DNA from: Polyangiales bacterium
GTDB taxonomy: Bacteria > Myxococcota_A > Polyangia > Polyangiales > Polyangiaceae
DNA: 64,000 bases
NCBI GenBank assembly: GCA_038230375.1
Contig: JBBRNJ010000034.1
Span: forward strand, 1-64,000
Direction: 5' to 3'
The notes below the pieces were generated by a model. The model searched no databases and was not told the DNA's origin. It saw nothing but the letters and a program-made list of their open reading frames with translations. A program made the translations under genes and the position numbers. The stretch's first letter is position 1, and each line of letters opens with the position of its first letter. This document shows positions 30,694 through 40,935 of the stretch, in pieces.

Positions 30694-30993
30694 TCACGCT
30701 CGCTTGCGCTTGAGCGCTCGGGCGAACGCGGCAAGGCGCGGCGAGCTACTGGCCCGCAAGAGCTTCTCCGGACGTGACAGAGCCTTCACGGAGAGCTCCA
30801 GGCGGAGCGCCTCGCTCTTCGTGCCGCAGCGCTTCCTGGCGCACAAAACAAGGGGTCCGCGGCCACGCGTGTATTTTGCACCCTTTCCGGCCTCGTGCGC
30901 GCGCACCCGCGCTGGGACGTCCTTGGCGATGCCCGTGTAAAGCGTCCCGTCTCCACACAGCAGCACGTAGACGAACCAGGGGTCTTCCACCAC
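30694..30993 (-). CDS. Small GIY-YIG nuclease (UPF0213-like)
   Basis: WFVYVLLCGDGTLYTGI, R...H..GKGAKYTRGRGP, A.R.E..VK.L.R..K. Confidence 0.92.
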   Translation of the reverse strand: MVEDPWFVYVLLCGDGTLYTGIAKDVPARVRAHEAGKGAKYTRGRGPLVLCARKRCGTKSEALRLELSVKALSRPEKLLRASSSPRLAAFARALKRKRA

Positions 30994-31084
30994 AAGGCAG
31001 GCTAGGGCACGTTGGTGAGCCGGCGAACGGCTATTTTTACGGTGATTGTTGAGGTGTGGGCGGAGTCCGACTAGGTTCTGCGCC

Positions 31085-31711
31085 GTGGAACCCGTCCCCT
31101 TCGTCGCGCGCCTGTTCTTGGCCTGGCTCGTCTATTTCAAGGTGCTGTTCGACGGCACGTTCGCGGCGAAGGTGTCCGCGCTCGGGAAGGGGCGAGAGCT
31201 TGCTCCGATCGAGGAGCCGAAGAAGCTCGCGTCCAGGGCGAAGGCGAAGGAAGAGGAGGAGGAAAAGGTCGAGGCCAAGGTCGAGGCGAAGGTTGAGGCG
31301 AAGGTCGAGGCGAAGGTCGAGGCGAAGGAGCCCGATTTTTCTTCGGCGTTGCAGCTGCTGTCGTTGCTTCAGCGGGAGGGGCGGCTCGTGGATTTCCTCG
31401 AGGAGGACATCGCGGGAGCGGCGGATGCGGACATCGGCGCGGCTGCCCGCGTGGTGCATGATGGGTGTCGCAAGGCGCTTCGCGAGCACGTGGAGCTGGT
31501 GGCGATTCGAGAAGAAGAAGAGGGCGTGAAGCTCACGCTGCAAGAGGGCTTCGACGCGAAGTCCGTGAAGCTCACCGGCAACGTGCAAGGGAAGGCGCCG
31601 TTCACTGGCAGCCTTCGTCACAAGGGCTGGCGCGCGAAGAAGATCACGTTGCCCACGGCGGTCGCAGGCCACGATGCCGCGATCCTCGCGCAGGCGGAGC
31701 TGGAGCTATGA
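31085..31711 (+). CDS. DUF2760 domain protein, N-terminal membrane anchor, GrpE-like C-terminal motifs
   Basis: ALQLLSLLQREGRLVDFLEEDI...IGAAARVVHDGC, GSLRHKGW, AELEL; stop overlaps the Hsp70 ATG (ATGA). Confidence 0.88.
   Translation: MEPVPFVARLFLAWLVYFKVLFDGTFAAKVSALGKGRELAPIEEPKKLASRAKAKEEEEEKVEAKVEAKVEAKVEAKVEAKEPDFSSALQLLSLLQREGRLVDFLEEDIAGAADADIGAAARVVHDGCRKALREHVELVAIREEEEGVKLTLQEGFDAKSVKLTGNVQGKAPFTGSLRHKGWRAKKITLPTAVAGHDAAILAQAELEL
31265..31324 (+). repeat. 12-bp coding repeat (AAGGTCGAGGCG)x5 = (KVEA)5, containing the GTCGAG hexamer
   Basis: Five units read directly, one with GTTGAG and one ending GCC. Confidence 0.9.
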
Positions 31712-33561
31712 GCGCGAAGCACGCACCCACGTACGCCGTCGGGATCGATCTCGGCACCACGCACACCGCGCTCGCGTATGCGAAGCTCCCGGCGGAAGGC
31801 GAGAAGCCGCTCCCCGTAGAGGTGCTGAAGATCCCGCAGCTCGTCGCCGCAGGCACGGTGGAGTCGCGGTCTCTGCTCCCGTCGTTCCTCTACCTTGCTC
31901 ACGAGAGCGAGGGCGCGCTCGTGCTCCCATGGGACAAGAAGCGCACGTATGCCGTGGGCGAGCACGCACGTTCGCGTGGCGTCGATGCGCCCGCCCGCGT
32001 GGTCATGAGCGCGAAGAGCTGGCTGTGCCACCCGAGCATCGATCGGCGCGCGAACATCCTTCCGCATGGCGCGCCGGACGACGTAGGCAAGGTCAGCCCC
32101 GTCGAGACCAGCTTCCGCTTTCTCCAGCACCTGGAAGAGGCGTGGGACCAGGAGGTCGCGAAGGGCAAGACCGACCTCGCGCTCGGCAAGCAGAGCATCG
32201 TGCTCACCGTGCCCGCGTCGTTCGATGCGGCCGCGCGCGAGCTCACCACCGAGGCCGCGTTTGCTGCAGGGTTCGAGGACCTCACCTTGCTCGAGGAGCC
32301 GCAGGCCGCGCTCTATGCATGGCTCTCCGCCAAGGGCGACTCATGGCGCAAGGACATCAAGCCCGGCGAGGTGATCCTGGTCGTGGATGTGGGCGGTGGT
32401 ACCACGGACTTCTCCGTCATCGTCGCGAAGGAAACGAACGGCGAGCTCTCGCTCGAGCGCGTGGCTGTGGGCGATCACATCTTGCTCGGCGGCGACAACA
32501 TGGACCTCTTGCTCGCGCACATCGCCGAGCAGAAGCTCGTCGCGGCAGCAGAGGCCGCAGGCAAGCCGCTGGAGCTCGATCGCTGGCAGAGGACCGCGCT
32601 GCAACACGCGGCGCGCGTCGCCAAGGAAGTGCTCCTCTCCGACGGCAAGAAGGACACGTCGCAGATCGCCATCGCGGGCAAGGGCTCCAAGATGGTGGGT
32701 GGCACGTTGCGCACGGAGCTCACGCGCGCAGAGGTGGCGTCGTCGATCGTGGACGGCTTCTTCCCCATGGTGGAAGCGTCCGCGCGTCCTGCCGTTCGTC
32801 CGCGCACGGGCCTCGTCGAGATGGGCCTGCCGTACGCGCAGGATCCGGGCGTCACGCGGCACCTGGCCGCGCTGCTCGGCCCCAAGACCGGCGAACCCAT
32901 GCAACCTACACGCATCCTGTTCAACGGCGGCGTGATGAAGAGCGACGCGCTGCGCGAGCGCATCACCGCATGCGCCACGTCGTGGGCAACGGCAGCCAAG
33001 GCCCCCGCGCCCAAGGTGCTCGACGGCGTCGATCTCGATCTCGCGGTCGCGAAGGGCGCGGCCGCGTACGGCCTTGCACGTCGCGGCAAGGGCATGCGCA
33101 TCCGCGGAGGCACGGCGCGCGCATATTACGTCGGCATCGAGGGCGCGGCCCCGGCCATCCCTGGTGTGCCGCCGCCCGTCACCGCGCTCTGCGTGGCGCC
33201 GCTGGGCATGGAAGAGGGCACGCACGCGGACATCACGGCGCACCTGCTCGGCGTGGTCGTGGGCGAGCAGGTTCGCTTCCGCTTCTTCGGCTCGCAGTCG
33301 CGCAAGACGGACGTCGCCGGCACGTCGCTCGAGCGCTGGAAGCCCGAGGACCTCACGGAGCTCTCGCCCATTGCGATCACGCTGCCCGCCGAGGGCCGCA
33401 CGCCAGGCGACGTGGTGCCCGTGAGCATCCGCGCGACCATCACCGAGGTAGGCACGCTGCTGCTCGAGGCCATCCCCACCGACAAGGCGAAGAAGGGCAA
33501 GGGGCCGGGCGGCGAAGAAGAGCGCTGGAAGCTGGAGCTCAGCGTACGCGAGAGGGAGTAG
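31708..33561 (+). CDS. Atypical Hsp70-family protein (DnaK-related, no helical lid)
   Basis: GIDLGTT, TVPASFD, EEPQAA, DVGGGTTD, LGGDNMD, FNGG, AVAKGAA; short beta-rich C-terminus. Confidence 0.92.
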   Translation: MSAKHAPTYAVGIDLGTTHTALAYAKLPAEGEKPLPVEVLKIPQLVAAGTVESRSLLPSFLYLAHESEGALVLPWDKKRTYAVGEHARSRGVDAPARVVMSAKSWLCHPSIDRRANILPHGAPDDVGKVSPVETSFRFLQHLEEAWDQEVAKGKTDLALGKQSIVLTVPASFDAAARELTTEAAFAAGFEDLTLLEEPQAALYAWLSAKGDSWRKDIKPGEVILVVDVGGGTTDFSVIVAKETNGELSLERVAVGDHILLGGDNMDLLLAHIAEQKLVAAAEAAGKPLELDRWQRTALQHAARVAKEVLLSDGKKDTSQIAIAGKGSKMVGGTLRTELTRAEVASSIVDGFFPMVEASARPAVRPRTGLVEMGLPYAQDPGVTRHLAALLGPKTGEPMQPTRILFNGGVMKSDALRERITACATSWATAAKAPAPKVLDGVDLDLAVAKGAAAYGLARRGKGMRIRGGTARAYYVGIEGAAPAIPGVPPPVTALCVAPLGMEEGTHADITAHLLGVVVGEQVRFRFFGSQSRKTDVAGTSLERWKPEDLTELSPIAITLPAEGRTPGDVVPVSIRATITEVGTLLLEAIPTDKAKKGKGPGGEEERWKLELSVRERE

Positions 33562-33565
33562 ACAC

Positions 33566-36418
33566 GTGTCTACCGAGGCGAAGCGCGAGGCGACGTTCAT
33601 CGTCGGGATCGACCTCGGGACAACGCACACCGTGGTGGCGAGCGCGCCCCTGCGTCAGGACCGGGACGTGGGCATCACGCCCGACATCCTGGCCATCCCG
33701 CAGCTCGTGACCTTGCGCGAGAAAGAGGCACGGCCGCTGCTGCCTTCATGTCTCTATGCCCCGCTTCCGGGCGAGATACACGGCGATCCCACCTGGGTCG
33801 GCGGAGAGCTCGCGCGTCGCCGCGGCGCGGAGATCCGCGGGCGGTTCGTCTCCAGCGCGAAGAGCTGGCTCTGTCACGCGGGCGTCGACAGGCTCGCGGC
33901 GATCTTGCCATGGGGCATTCACGACGAGGCGGGCGCCGCCGCAACGCCGCACATCTCGCCGCTGGATGCGAGCATGCACTACCTGGTGGCCGTGCGAGAG
34001 GCGTGGGACGCGGAGCATACGGATGCACCGCTCGCATCGCAGGAGGTGCTGCTCACCGTGCCCGCGTCGTTCGACGAGGTCGCGCGCGAGCTCACGTCGA
34101 AGGCCGCCGTGCTCGCGGGTCTCTCCGTCACGCTGGTCGAGGAGCCCACGGCCGCCTTCTACGACGCAATGCGAGACGCGCGCGGCAAGGACCGCAGCAA
34201 CACCGCATGGGACAAGCTGCTCGGGCGCATCGGCAAGAAGGACGCGGCGGACGCCGAGCAGTTCGTGCTCGTGTGCGACGTGGGCGGCGGCACCACGGAC
34301 CTGTCGCTCATGGCCATCGGCGCGCGCAAGAAGGGGGAGCCCGTCAACATTCGTCGCGTCGCGGTGGGACGCCATATCCTGCTCGGCGGCGACAACATGG
34401 ACCTGGCGCTCGCGCACGTGGCAGAGTCGCGCATGTCGCTCAAGGAGCCGCTGCCCACGGGCGAGCTCGCGCAGCTGGTGCTCGGTTGCCGCGACGCGAA
34501 GGAGCGCATCTTCGGCGGCGCGAAGGATGCGAAGGTCACGGTCCTCGGTCGTGGCGGCAAGCTCGTGAAGAGCCAGAAGAGCATCACGCTGACGAAGAAG
34601 GACGTGAAGGACGTCCTGATCGCCGGCTTCTTCCCGATCGTCACGGCAGGCGAGCCGCCACCGAAGACGCGCACGGGCCTGGTCTCGTTCGGGCTGCCGT
34701 TCGAGCGCGATCCCGCGATCACGCGCCACGTCCTGTCCTTCCTCACGCGCCACTCCGAGGAGATGCACGGGCGCGGCCCCGATGCGATCTTGCTCAACGG
34801 CGGCGTGTTCCACGCGGAGGCGCTGGCGGGCGCGGTGGCGAAGCAAGTGGAGCTGGCGTTCGGCCGCGAGCCCGCGCTCTTGCCCAACGCGGATCCCGAT
34901 CTGGCCGTTGCGCGCGGCGCTGTCCTCTACGGCTTCGCACGGCGCGGGCACGGCGTCCGCGTGACCAGCGGCGCGTCGCACGGCTACTACGTGGCGGTCG
35001 AATCCGACGGCACCGAAAAACGTGCAGTATGCATCCTGCCGCGTGGCGCGGACGAGGGTGAGTACTTCGAGGCGGAGGGCCGCTCCTTCGAGCTCACCAC
35101 GGGCCGCACGGTGAAGTTCCCGCTGTACGCGAGCGACGTGCGCAAGGACAACGTCGGCACGCTGGTGAAGTTGCCGAAGGAGATGAGCCACGAGGGCGCC
35201 GCCGACAACGACGCGAGCTCCGCGTTCCAGGTGCTTCCGTCGCTGGTGCTCAACGTTCCGTCGGACCGGCGCGGCGAGGGGCGGTTGCCGGTCACCCTGG
35301 GAGGGGTGCTCAGCGCAACGGGACAGCTGGAGCTTTACTGTACCCGCAAGGACACCGGCGGCCGCATCCGCCTCGAGTTCCAGCTTCGCGACGGTGGCAA
35401 CGTGGACCGCGCGCCGCTCGGGGCCAGCGCTCCTCCGCCGTCGCTGGCACCAGCGCCATCCACGCATCTGCGGGGCGCGGACGACACACGCATGAAGGAG
35501 GCGCGCGCGCTGATCGATCAGGTCTTCGGCAAGCGCGGCGACGCAGACCCGCGCATCACGAAGGACCTGTCGCGCGAGCTGGAGCGCATCCTGGGCGACC
35601 GCGCGAGCTGGACCATGGAGGTCGCGCGGCGTCTTGCCGACCAGCTGCTGGAGAACCCCGGCGTGCGTCGCCGCACCGAGAATCACGAGCGCATGTGGCT
35701 CATGCTCACGGGTTACTGCATGCGCCCCGGCTTCGGCGACCCGGGCGACGCGGAGCGAGTACGTGTACTCTACACTATCTTCGACGGGCGCCTGGCGTTC
35801 CCGGAAGAGCCGCGCAACTGGCAGCAGTTCTTCATCGCGTGGCGCCGCGTGTCAGGCGGGCTGTCAGAGGCGCAGCAGGTTCACATCCGCGACGCCTTCG
35901 ACGCGGTGATCGCTCCGAAGGAGGCGAACCTGAAGATGCCACGACGCATCCCGGAGGGCCGCGACGAGCTCACGATGATGCTCGCGTCGCTCGAGCGCGT
36001 GCCGGTCGCGCGCCGCGTGGAGCTCGGCGATTGGTTGCTGGAGCGCACGTGGGTGGACAAGGACGCGCGGCTCTGGACCAGCATCGGAAGGCTCGGTGCG
36101 CGGCAGCCGCTGTACGCGAGCCTGCATCACGTGGTGCCGCCGCGCGCGGCAGAGGCGTGGCTCACGCAGCTGCTCCGCGAGACCTGGAAGGGCCTTCACA
36201 CTGCGCCTCACGCTGCGGTGCAGCTCGCGCGCGTCACGGGAGATCGCGCGCGCGACCTCTCCGCGGACCTCCGCCTGCAGACCGAGAAGAAGCTCATCGC
36301 GATAGGCGCGAAGCCAGAGTGGATCCGCGCTGTGCGCGAGCTCGCCGTGATGGACGAGGCCGAGAAGGTCGCGATCATGGGCGAGGGGCTCCCCATCGGG
36401 CTTCGGCTGTCGGAGTAA
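33566..36418 (+). CDS. Atypical Hsp70-family protein with C-terminal DUF3731-like helical domain
   Basis: Same Hsp70 ATPase motifs; C-terminal HERMW...GYCMRPGFGDPGD..R, AWRRVSGGL, GRLGARQPLY, GDRARD. Confidence 0.92.
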   Translation: MSTEAKREATFIVGIDLGTTHTVVASAPLRQDRDVGITPDILAIPQLVTLREKEARPLLPSCLYAPLPGEIHGDPTWVGGELARRRGAEIRGRFVSSAKSWLCHAGVDRLAAILPWGIHDEAGAAATPHISPLDASMHYLVAVREAWDAEHTDAPLASQEVLLTVPASFDEVARELTSKAAVLAGLSVTLVEEPTAAFYDAMRDARGKDRSNTAWDKLLGRIGKKDAADAEQFVLVCDVGGGTTDLSLMAIGARKKGEPVNIRRVAVGRHILLGGDNMDLALAHVAESRMSLKEPLPTGELAQLVLGCRDAKERIFGGAKDAKVTVLGRGGKLVKSQKSITLTKKDVKDVLIAGFFPIVTAGEPPPKTRTGLVSFGLPFERDPAITRHVLSFLTRHSEEMHGRGPDAILLNGGVFHAEALAGAVAKQVELAFGREPALLPNADPDLAVARGAVLYGFARRGHGVRVTSGASHGYYVAVESDGTEKRAVCILPRGADEGEYFEAEGRSFELTTGRTVKFPLYASDVRKDNVGTLVKLPKEMSHEGAADNDASSAFQVLPSLVLNVPSDRRGEGRLPVTLGGVLSATGQLELYCTRKDTGGRIRLEFQLRDGGNVDRAPLGASAPPPSLAPAPSTHLRGADDTRMKEARALIDQVFGKRGDADPRITKDLSRELERILGDRASWTMEVARRLADQLLENPGVRRRTENHERMWLMLTGYCMRPGFGDPGDAERVRVLYTIFDGRLAFPEEPRNWQQFFIAWRRVSGGLSEAQQVHIRDAFDAVIAPKEANLKMPRRIPEGRDELTMMLASLERVPVARRVELGDWLLERTWVDKDARLWTSIGRLGARQPLYASLHHVVPPRAAEAWLTQLLRETWKGLHTAPHAAVQLARVTGDRARDLSADLRLQTEKKLIAIGAKPEWIRAVRELAVMDEAEKVAIMGEGLPIGLRLSE

Positions 36419-36436
36419 CGCACCGGACGTCGCGCG

Positions 36437-38121
36437 TCAGCGAGCAGCAGGCTTCCTGAGGCGTGCGGTGTCCAGCACGTGACGGACCTTGCGCCTTAGC
36501 TGTGCAGACGAGAACGGCTTGTGGAGCAGCGCGACGCTCTCCCCGAGCGCGCCGTGGCGCCCAAGGGCATCCTCGGTGTAGCCGGACATGAAGAGAACCG
36601 GCACTTCGGGCCGGATGTGCTCGAGCGCCGAGGCAAATTCCGGCCCGCTCATCTCGGGCATGACCACGTCGGAGAGCGCGAGGTGGATGGGGCCGGCCCG
36701 CTCCTCGCATAGGCGCAAGGCCTCGGCGCCGCCGCTGGCCGTGATCACCTGATAGCCAGCACGCGAGAGGATTCGTTCGGCGACCAATCGCACGGCGCCC
36801 TCGTCCTCCACGACCAGAACGATCTCGCCATGACCGACCTCCTCTTCCTCCGGCAGGGCGACCGCAGCCCGTTCCGCTGGGCCCGCGACGGGCGCGGTTG
36901 GGAATGTGAGCGTGAACCGGGAGCCGCGACCAGGTTCGCTATCCACGGTGATGCTGCCGCCACACTGCTGCATGATGCCGTACACGGTGGCGAGCCCGAG
37001 ACCGGTTCCACCCACCTTGGCCTTCGTCGTGAAGAATGGCTCGAAGATCTTCTCCTGCACGGGGCCATGCCCACACCCGTGTCGGTCATGGTGAGAAGTA
37101 CGGCCTTTCCGCCTTCTGCCAGTGCAGTCTCGATCGCGAGCTTGCCGCCCCGAGGCATGGCATCGCGCGCGTTCACGACGAGGTTCATGAGCACCTGTTC
37201 GAGGAGGCCACGATCGACCTCGATCTGCGGAAGGGCTGGAGCTGCGACGTGAACGACCAGAATGTCCTCGCCCAGCGTGCGACGGACCATGCGCAAGAGG
37301 CCCTTGGTGACGAGATCCAGGTTGAGTCGCTGCGGCTCGACCACTTGGTTGCGGCTGAACGTGAGGAGCTGCCTGGTGAGGGCCGCAGCGGCCGCCGAGG
37401 CGGCCTGCACCTCGAGCAGGTCCTGCCGGCGGGGATCACTGCCGTCGAGTCCGGCGAGCGCAAACTCCGTGTGGCTCATGATCACCGTGAGGATGTTGTT
37501 GAAGTCATGCGCGACGCCGCCCGCGAGGCGGCCGACGACCTCCATCTTCTGCGCGACACGGAGCTTCTCCTCCGCGCGCTTTTGCTCCGAGACGTCAACC
37601 ACGACGATACGACACTCGCCTCCATCGGCGTGCTGCCCCGTCACTTGTACGAACGTCTCGCCACCAGGCTTGGCCGCTCCTCCCAGCGCGACCACGCACG
37701 ACGCCTTTGCTCCCCCCTCGAAGACGCAGTCGAGGACGCGCTGGAACGTGACACGGTCCGCGTCGGCGATGAAGGCGATGAGCTGCTTTTCGACGATGAG
37801 GGAGCGGGCGACGCCGAGCATCCCGGCGGCGGTGAGGTTGGCCCGCTGCACCGTCCCGTCGCGCGCGAGGGTGAAGTAGGCGGCGGGTGCAAAGTCGTAG
37901 AGGTCGGAGTATTGCGCGAGGAGCAGCTCGACCTCCTCGCGTGAGCGGCAGAGTTCCTCGTTCTGCTGCTCCAGCTCCACCTGGTGGACCTGCAGCTCGT
38001 GCATCAGTCGCACCGCGTCTTCGGGCGTGGTGACGGAGGTGGGCACCGCGGCTCGCTTGACCTCCGCCTCCGCCTGCGCGCGCCGTTGGGCCGGCGTGGG
38101 GGGCGTCTTCCGGCGCGTCAC
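36437..38121 (-). pseudogene. PAS hybrid histidine kinase with REC domain, frameshifted at about 37062 (or sequencing error)
   Basis: GTG at 38121; HELQVHQVELEQQNEEL, AHDFNNIL, NLVVNARDAM, DTGVGM in one frame. VQEKIFEPFFTTK, GTGLGL and REC continue in another frame (36437..37060). Confidence 0.8.
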
Positions 38122-40641
38122 GAGTCCCTCTTCCGTAGCTTTGCTTCCAGCTTCTTCGCAACGGTGACGTCGAAGAACGTGAGCACCAGCCCAGAGACCG
38201 CGTTGTCGAGAGTGCGGTACGGCATCATGCGAACCGAGAACCAGCGGTGGTCCCGCGTGGCGATCTCGGTCTCTTTTCGGCGCGAGCGTCCTCAGCACCT
38301 CCCGCGCGTCCGCCTGGAGCGTCGGATACTCGATGTCGAACGCGAGGTCCGTGACCGGACGCCCGAGATCTCCCGGGATCAGCTTCACGAGCTTCGCAGC
38401 TTCGGGCGTGAAGCGCCGCACGTTCAGCCTGTCGTCGAGGAACAGCGTGGCGATCTCCGTGCTGTCGAGCAGGTTCTTCATGTCGTTGCTGGTCCGCGAC
38501 AGCTCGCCCACAGTGGCCTGAAGCTCCGCGTTCAGGCTCTGCAGCTCCTCGTTCATCGACTGCAGCTCCTCCTTGGAAGTGGTGAGCTCTTCGTTCGAGG
38601 ACTGCAGCTCTTCGTTCGAGGACTGCAGCTCCTCCGTCGTGGAGACACGATCCTCTCGTACTTCGCGCAGCTCGTCGTACGCGGCACGCAGCTCCTCGCG
38701 CGCGCGCTCCAGTGCCCGCTCGGCGTCTGGCTTCCCGACCTTCGTGGCCCTGTGTTTGCCTGAAGGGCTCGCCGCCGCATCCGTGAACACGACGGTCATG
38801 AGCCTTCGCATGGCCGGTAGATCCGTCAGAGGCTCGATGGCAACGTCAACCACCCGTCCGCCGGGAGCACTGCCAGTCGGGACGCCGTTGATGAGCACGC
38901 TGGCACCCGTCTTCTGCGCGCGGCGAAGACCGTTCGCGAGCGCGCCGCGCAGCGCATCCCCCGCCATCGCGAAGATGTTCCAGTTCGCCTTCCCTGCGGG
39001 AAGCTCCAGGTACGAGCTCGCACGCCCGCTCACATAGAGGATGTCGCCGCCCTGGCTCACGACGACGGCCGCGGGCGCGAAGCGCTGGAGCAGGAAGCGG
39101 TCCACGCTTGCCTGGCGCCGCGCCGAGAACGCGCCGGAGTCTCTTGAAGCGGCGCTCACCTCGGTCGGCTCACGTGGCGTTGCGACGGGGAAGTCCACGT
39201 TGGCCGCATGTGCGCGCACGCCGGTTGCGCGCCGGAAAAATCGCCCTCCACCGCGGAGCGGCTCGAGCAGCGGCGGGTCGGACGAGACGGTCTCCGCGTT
39301 CCCCAGGAAGAGCATGCCACCCGGCCGCAGCGCGTAGTGGAACAGCGCGAGGAGCTTCTGCTGGAGCGCGGGCATCAGGTAGATGAGCAGGTTGCGACAT
39401 GCCAACAGATCCAGCTTCGTGAAGGGCGGATCGGAGATCACGTTCTGCGTGGCAAAGACGACCATGTCACGGATCTGCTTCGTGACCCGGTAGCCCTTCG
39501 CTTCCTTCACGAAGAACCGCGCCAGCCGTGCCCTCGGGACCTCGGTCTCGATCGTCGGCCCGAACACGCCGAGGCGCGCACGCGCGATCGTGTCGGCGTC
39601 GATGTCCGTGGCGAAGATCTGGAGCGTGAGCTTCTTCTTTGACTTGGTGGCCGCCTGCGCCATCACCCACGCGATGGCCAGCGAGTATGCCTCTTCTCCC
39701 GTGGAGCAAGCGGGAACCCAGGCGCGGAGCACGGGGTGCGGGGCGTCGGCGATCAACGCGGGGAGCACCTCTTTCTCGAGCTGCCTCCACGCCACCGGGT
39801 CGCGGAAGAAGCTGGTCACGCCGATGAGCAGCTCCTGGAAGAGGAGCAGCGCCTCCTTCCGGTTCTCGCGGAGGTAGCGCGCATACACGCGCATCTCGGT
39901 CACCTGGTGGAGGACCATACGCCGTTCGATGCGCCGACGAAGCGTGCCGTGCTTGTACAGCGAGAAGTCTTGCCCAGTGGAGTCGCGGAGCGCGGCGATC
40001 ACGTCGTCAAGCGCACGCGCAGGCGCTGGAGGTGTGGCTGCGGGCGGCTTCTGACCACTCCGACGCCGCCACTGGATGATCTTCGCGGGCAGCTCGGCCG
40101 GTGAACCGACGACGTCCGCGAGCCCCGCGGCGATGGCGCTGCCTGGCATGCCGTCGAACTGCGCCGTGGCAAGGGCCTGAACGAACGCGGCCCCGCCCGC
40201 TTCCTTGATCGCGCGAAGGCCAAGCGTGCCATCAGCGCCCATGCCCGAGAGCACGACGCCGATGGCAAGGGGCCCGGCGTCCTTGGCGAGCGAGCGAAAG
40301 AAGCGGTCGATGGGCAGCCGCAGCGCAGGCGACCGCGGGCGCGGGAACAGACGCAGCACGCCGCGCACGAGCGTGAGCTCCTGGTTCGGCGGGATCACGT
40401 ACACGTGCTCTGCGGCGACGCGCATGCGGGCCTTGATCTGATGCACCGGCATGGCGCAAGCGCGCTGCAAGATCTCCGCGAGCATTCCTTTGTGCGTGGG
40501 GTCGAGGTGCTGCACCACCACAAAGGCAATGCCGCTTCTGGGAGGCACGTTCCCCAGGAATTTCTCGAGCGCATCAAGGCCTCCCGCGGAGGCACCGAGC
40601 GCGACGACGGGAACACGCTTCGTGCCTTTTGGGAGGGTCAC
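38118..40641 (-). pseudogene. CheB-CheR-PAS fusion protein, frameshifted at about 38275 (or sequencing error)
   Basis: GASAGG, VQHL, LSGMGADG (CheB); IGVTSFFRDP, ACSTGEEAYS, CRNLLIY (CheR); EELQS coiled coil. Removing one A from CCG AAAA GAG restores KETEIATRDHRWFSVRMMPYRTLDNAVSGLVLTFFDVT...DS* ending at 38118. Confidence 0.8.
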
Positions 40642-40875
40642 ATCGCTCCCACGCACACGTGCGGCCGATTCGCCTGCCATGATTGCCCCCGCGCTTGCTC
40701 CGCAGCAGATCGCACTCCACGAAGTTCGCACGATCACGCTAGCGCCCGTCGCTCGAACTCACCACGAGGAATTCGGGCACAACGCCGACCAACGACATCA
40801 TTTCGGGACGGTGCGCCCGTGTGGGGCATATTGCGACGCTCTCGCGCTTGGCTCAGGTAGCCTTCTGCAGTCGAC

Positions 40876-40915
40876 AAAAGAGGAGCGGCGCCGCCAGGGA
40901 TTGGCAGCGCCGTTC
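40876..40915 (-). terminator. Intrinsic terminator after the inhibitor gene
   Basis: Minus strand GAACGGCGCTGCCA-ATCCC-TGGCGGCGCCGCTC then CTCTTTT. Confidence 0.7.
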
Positions 40916-40935
40916 GTCATTCGCTTTCGCTCAGC

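Noticed and set aside
30694..30993. GIY-YIG gene as a homing endonuclease or mobile element
   Set aside because: It is a stand-alone ~100-aa UPF0213-type protein with no intron, terminal repeats or DNA-binding extension.
31708..36418. Naming either Hsp70 dnaK or hscA
   Set aside because: Both lack the canonical linker, substrate-binding signature and lid, and there is no dnaJ or isc context.
36745..40737. Single intact 1330-aa CheB-CheR-kinase protein
   Set aside because: It contains an out-of-frame stretch after 38275 and ends in nonsense after 37062. Two frameshifted genes explain it better.
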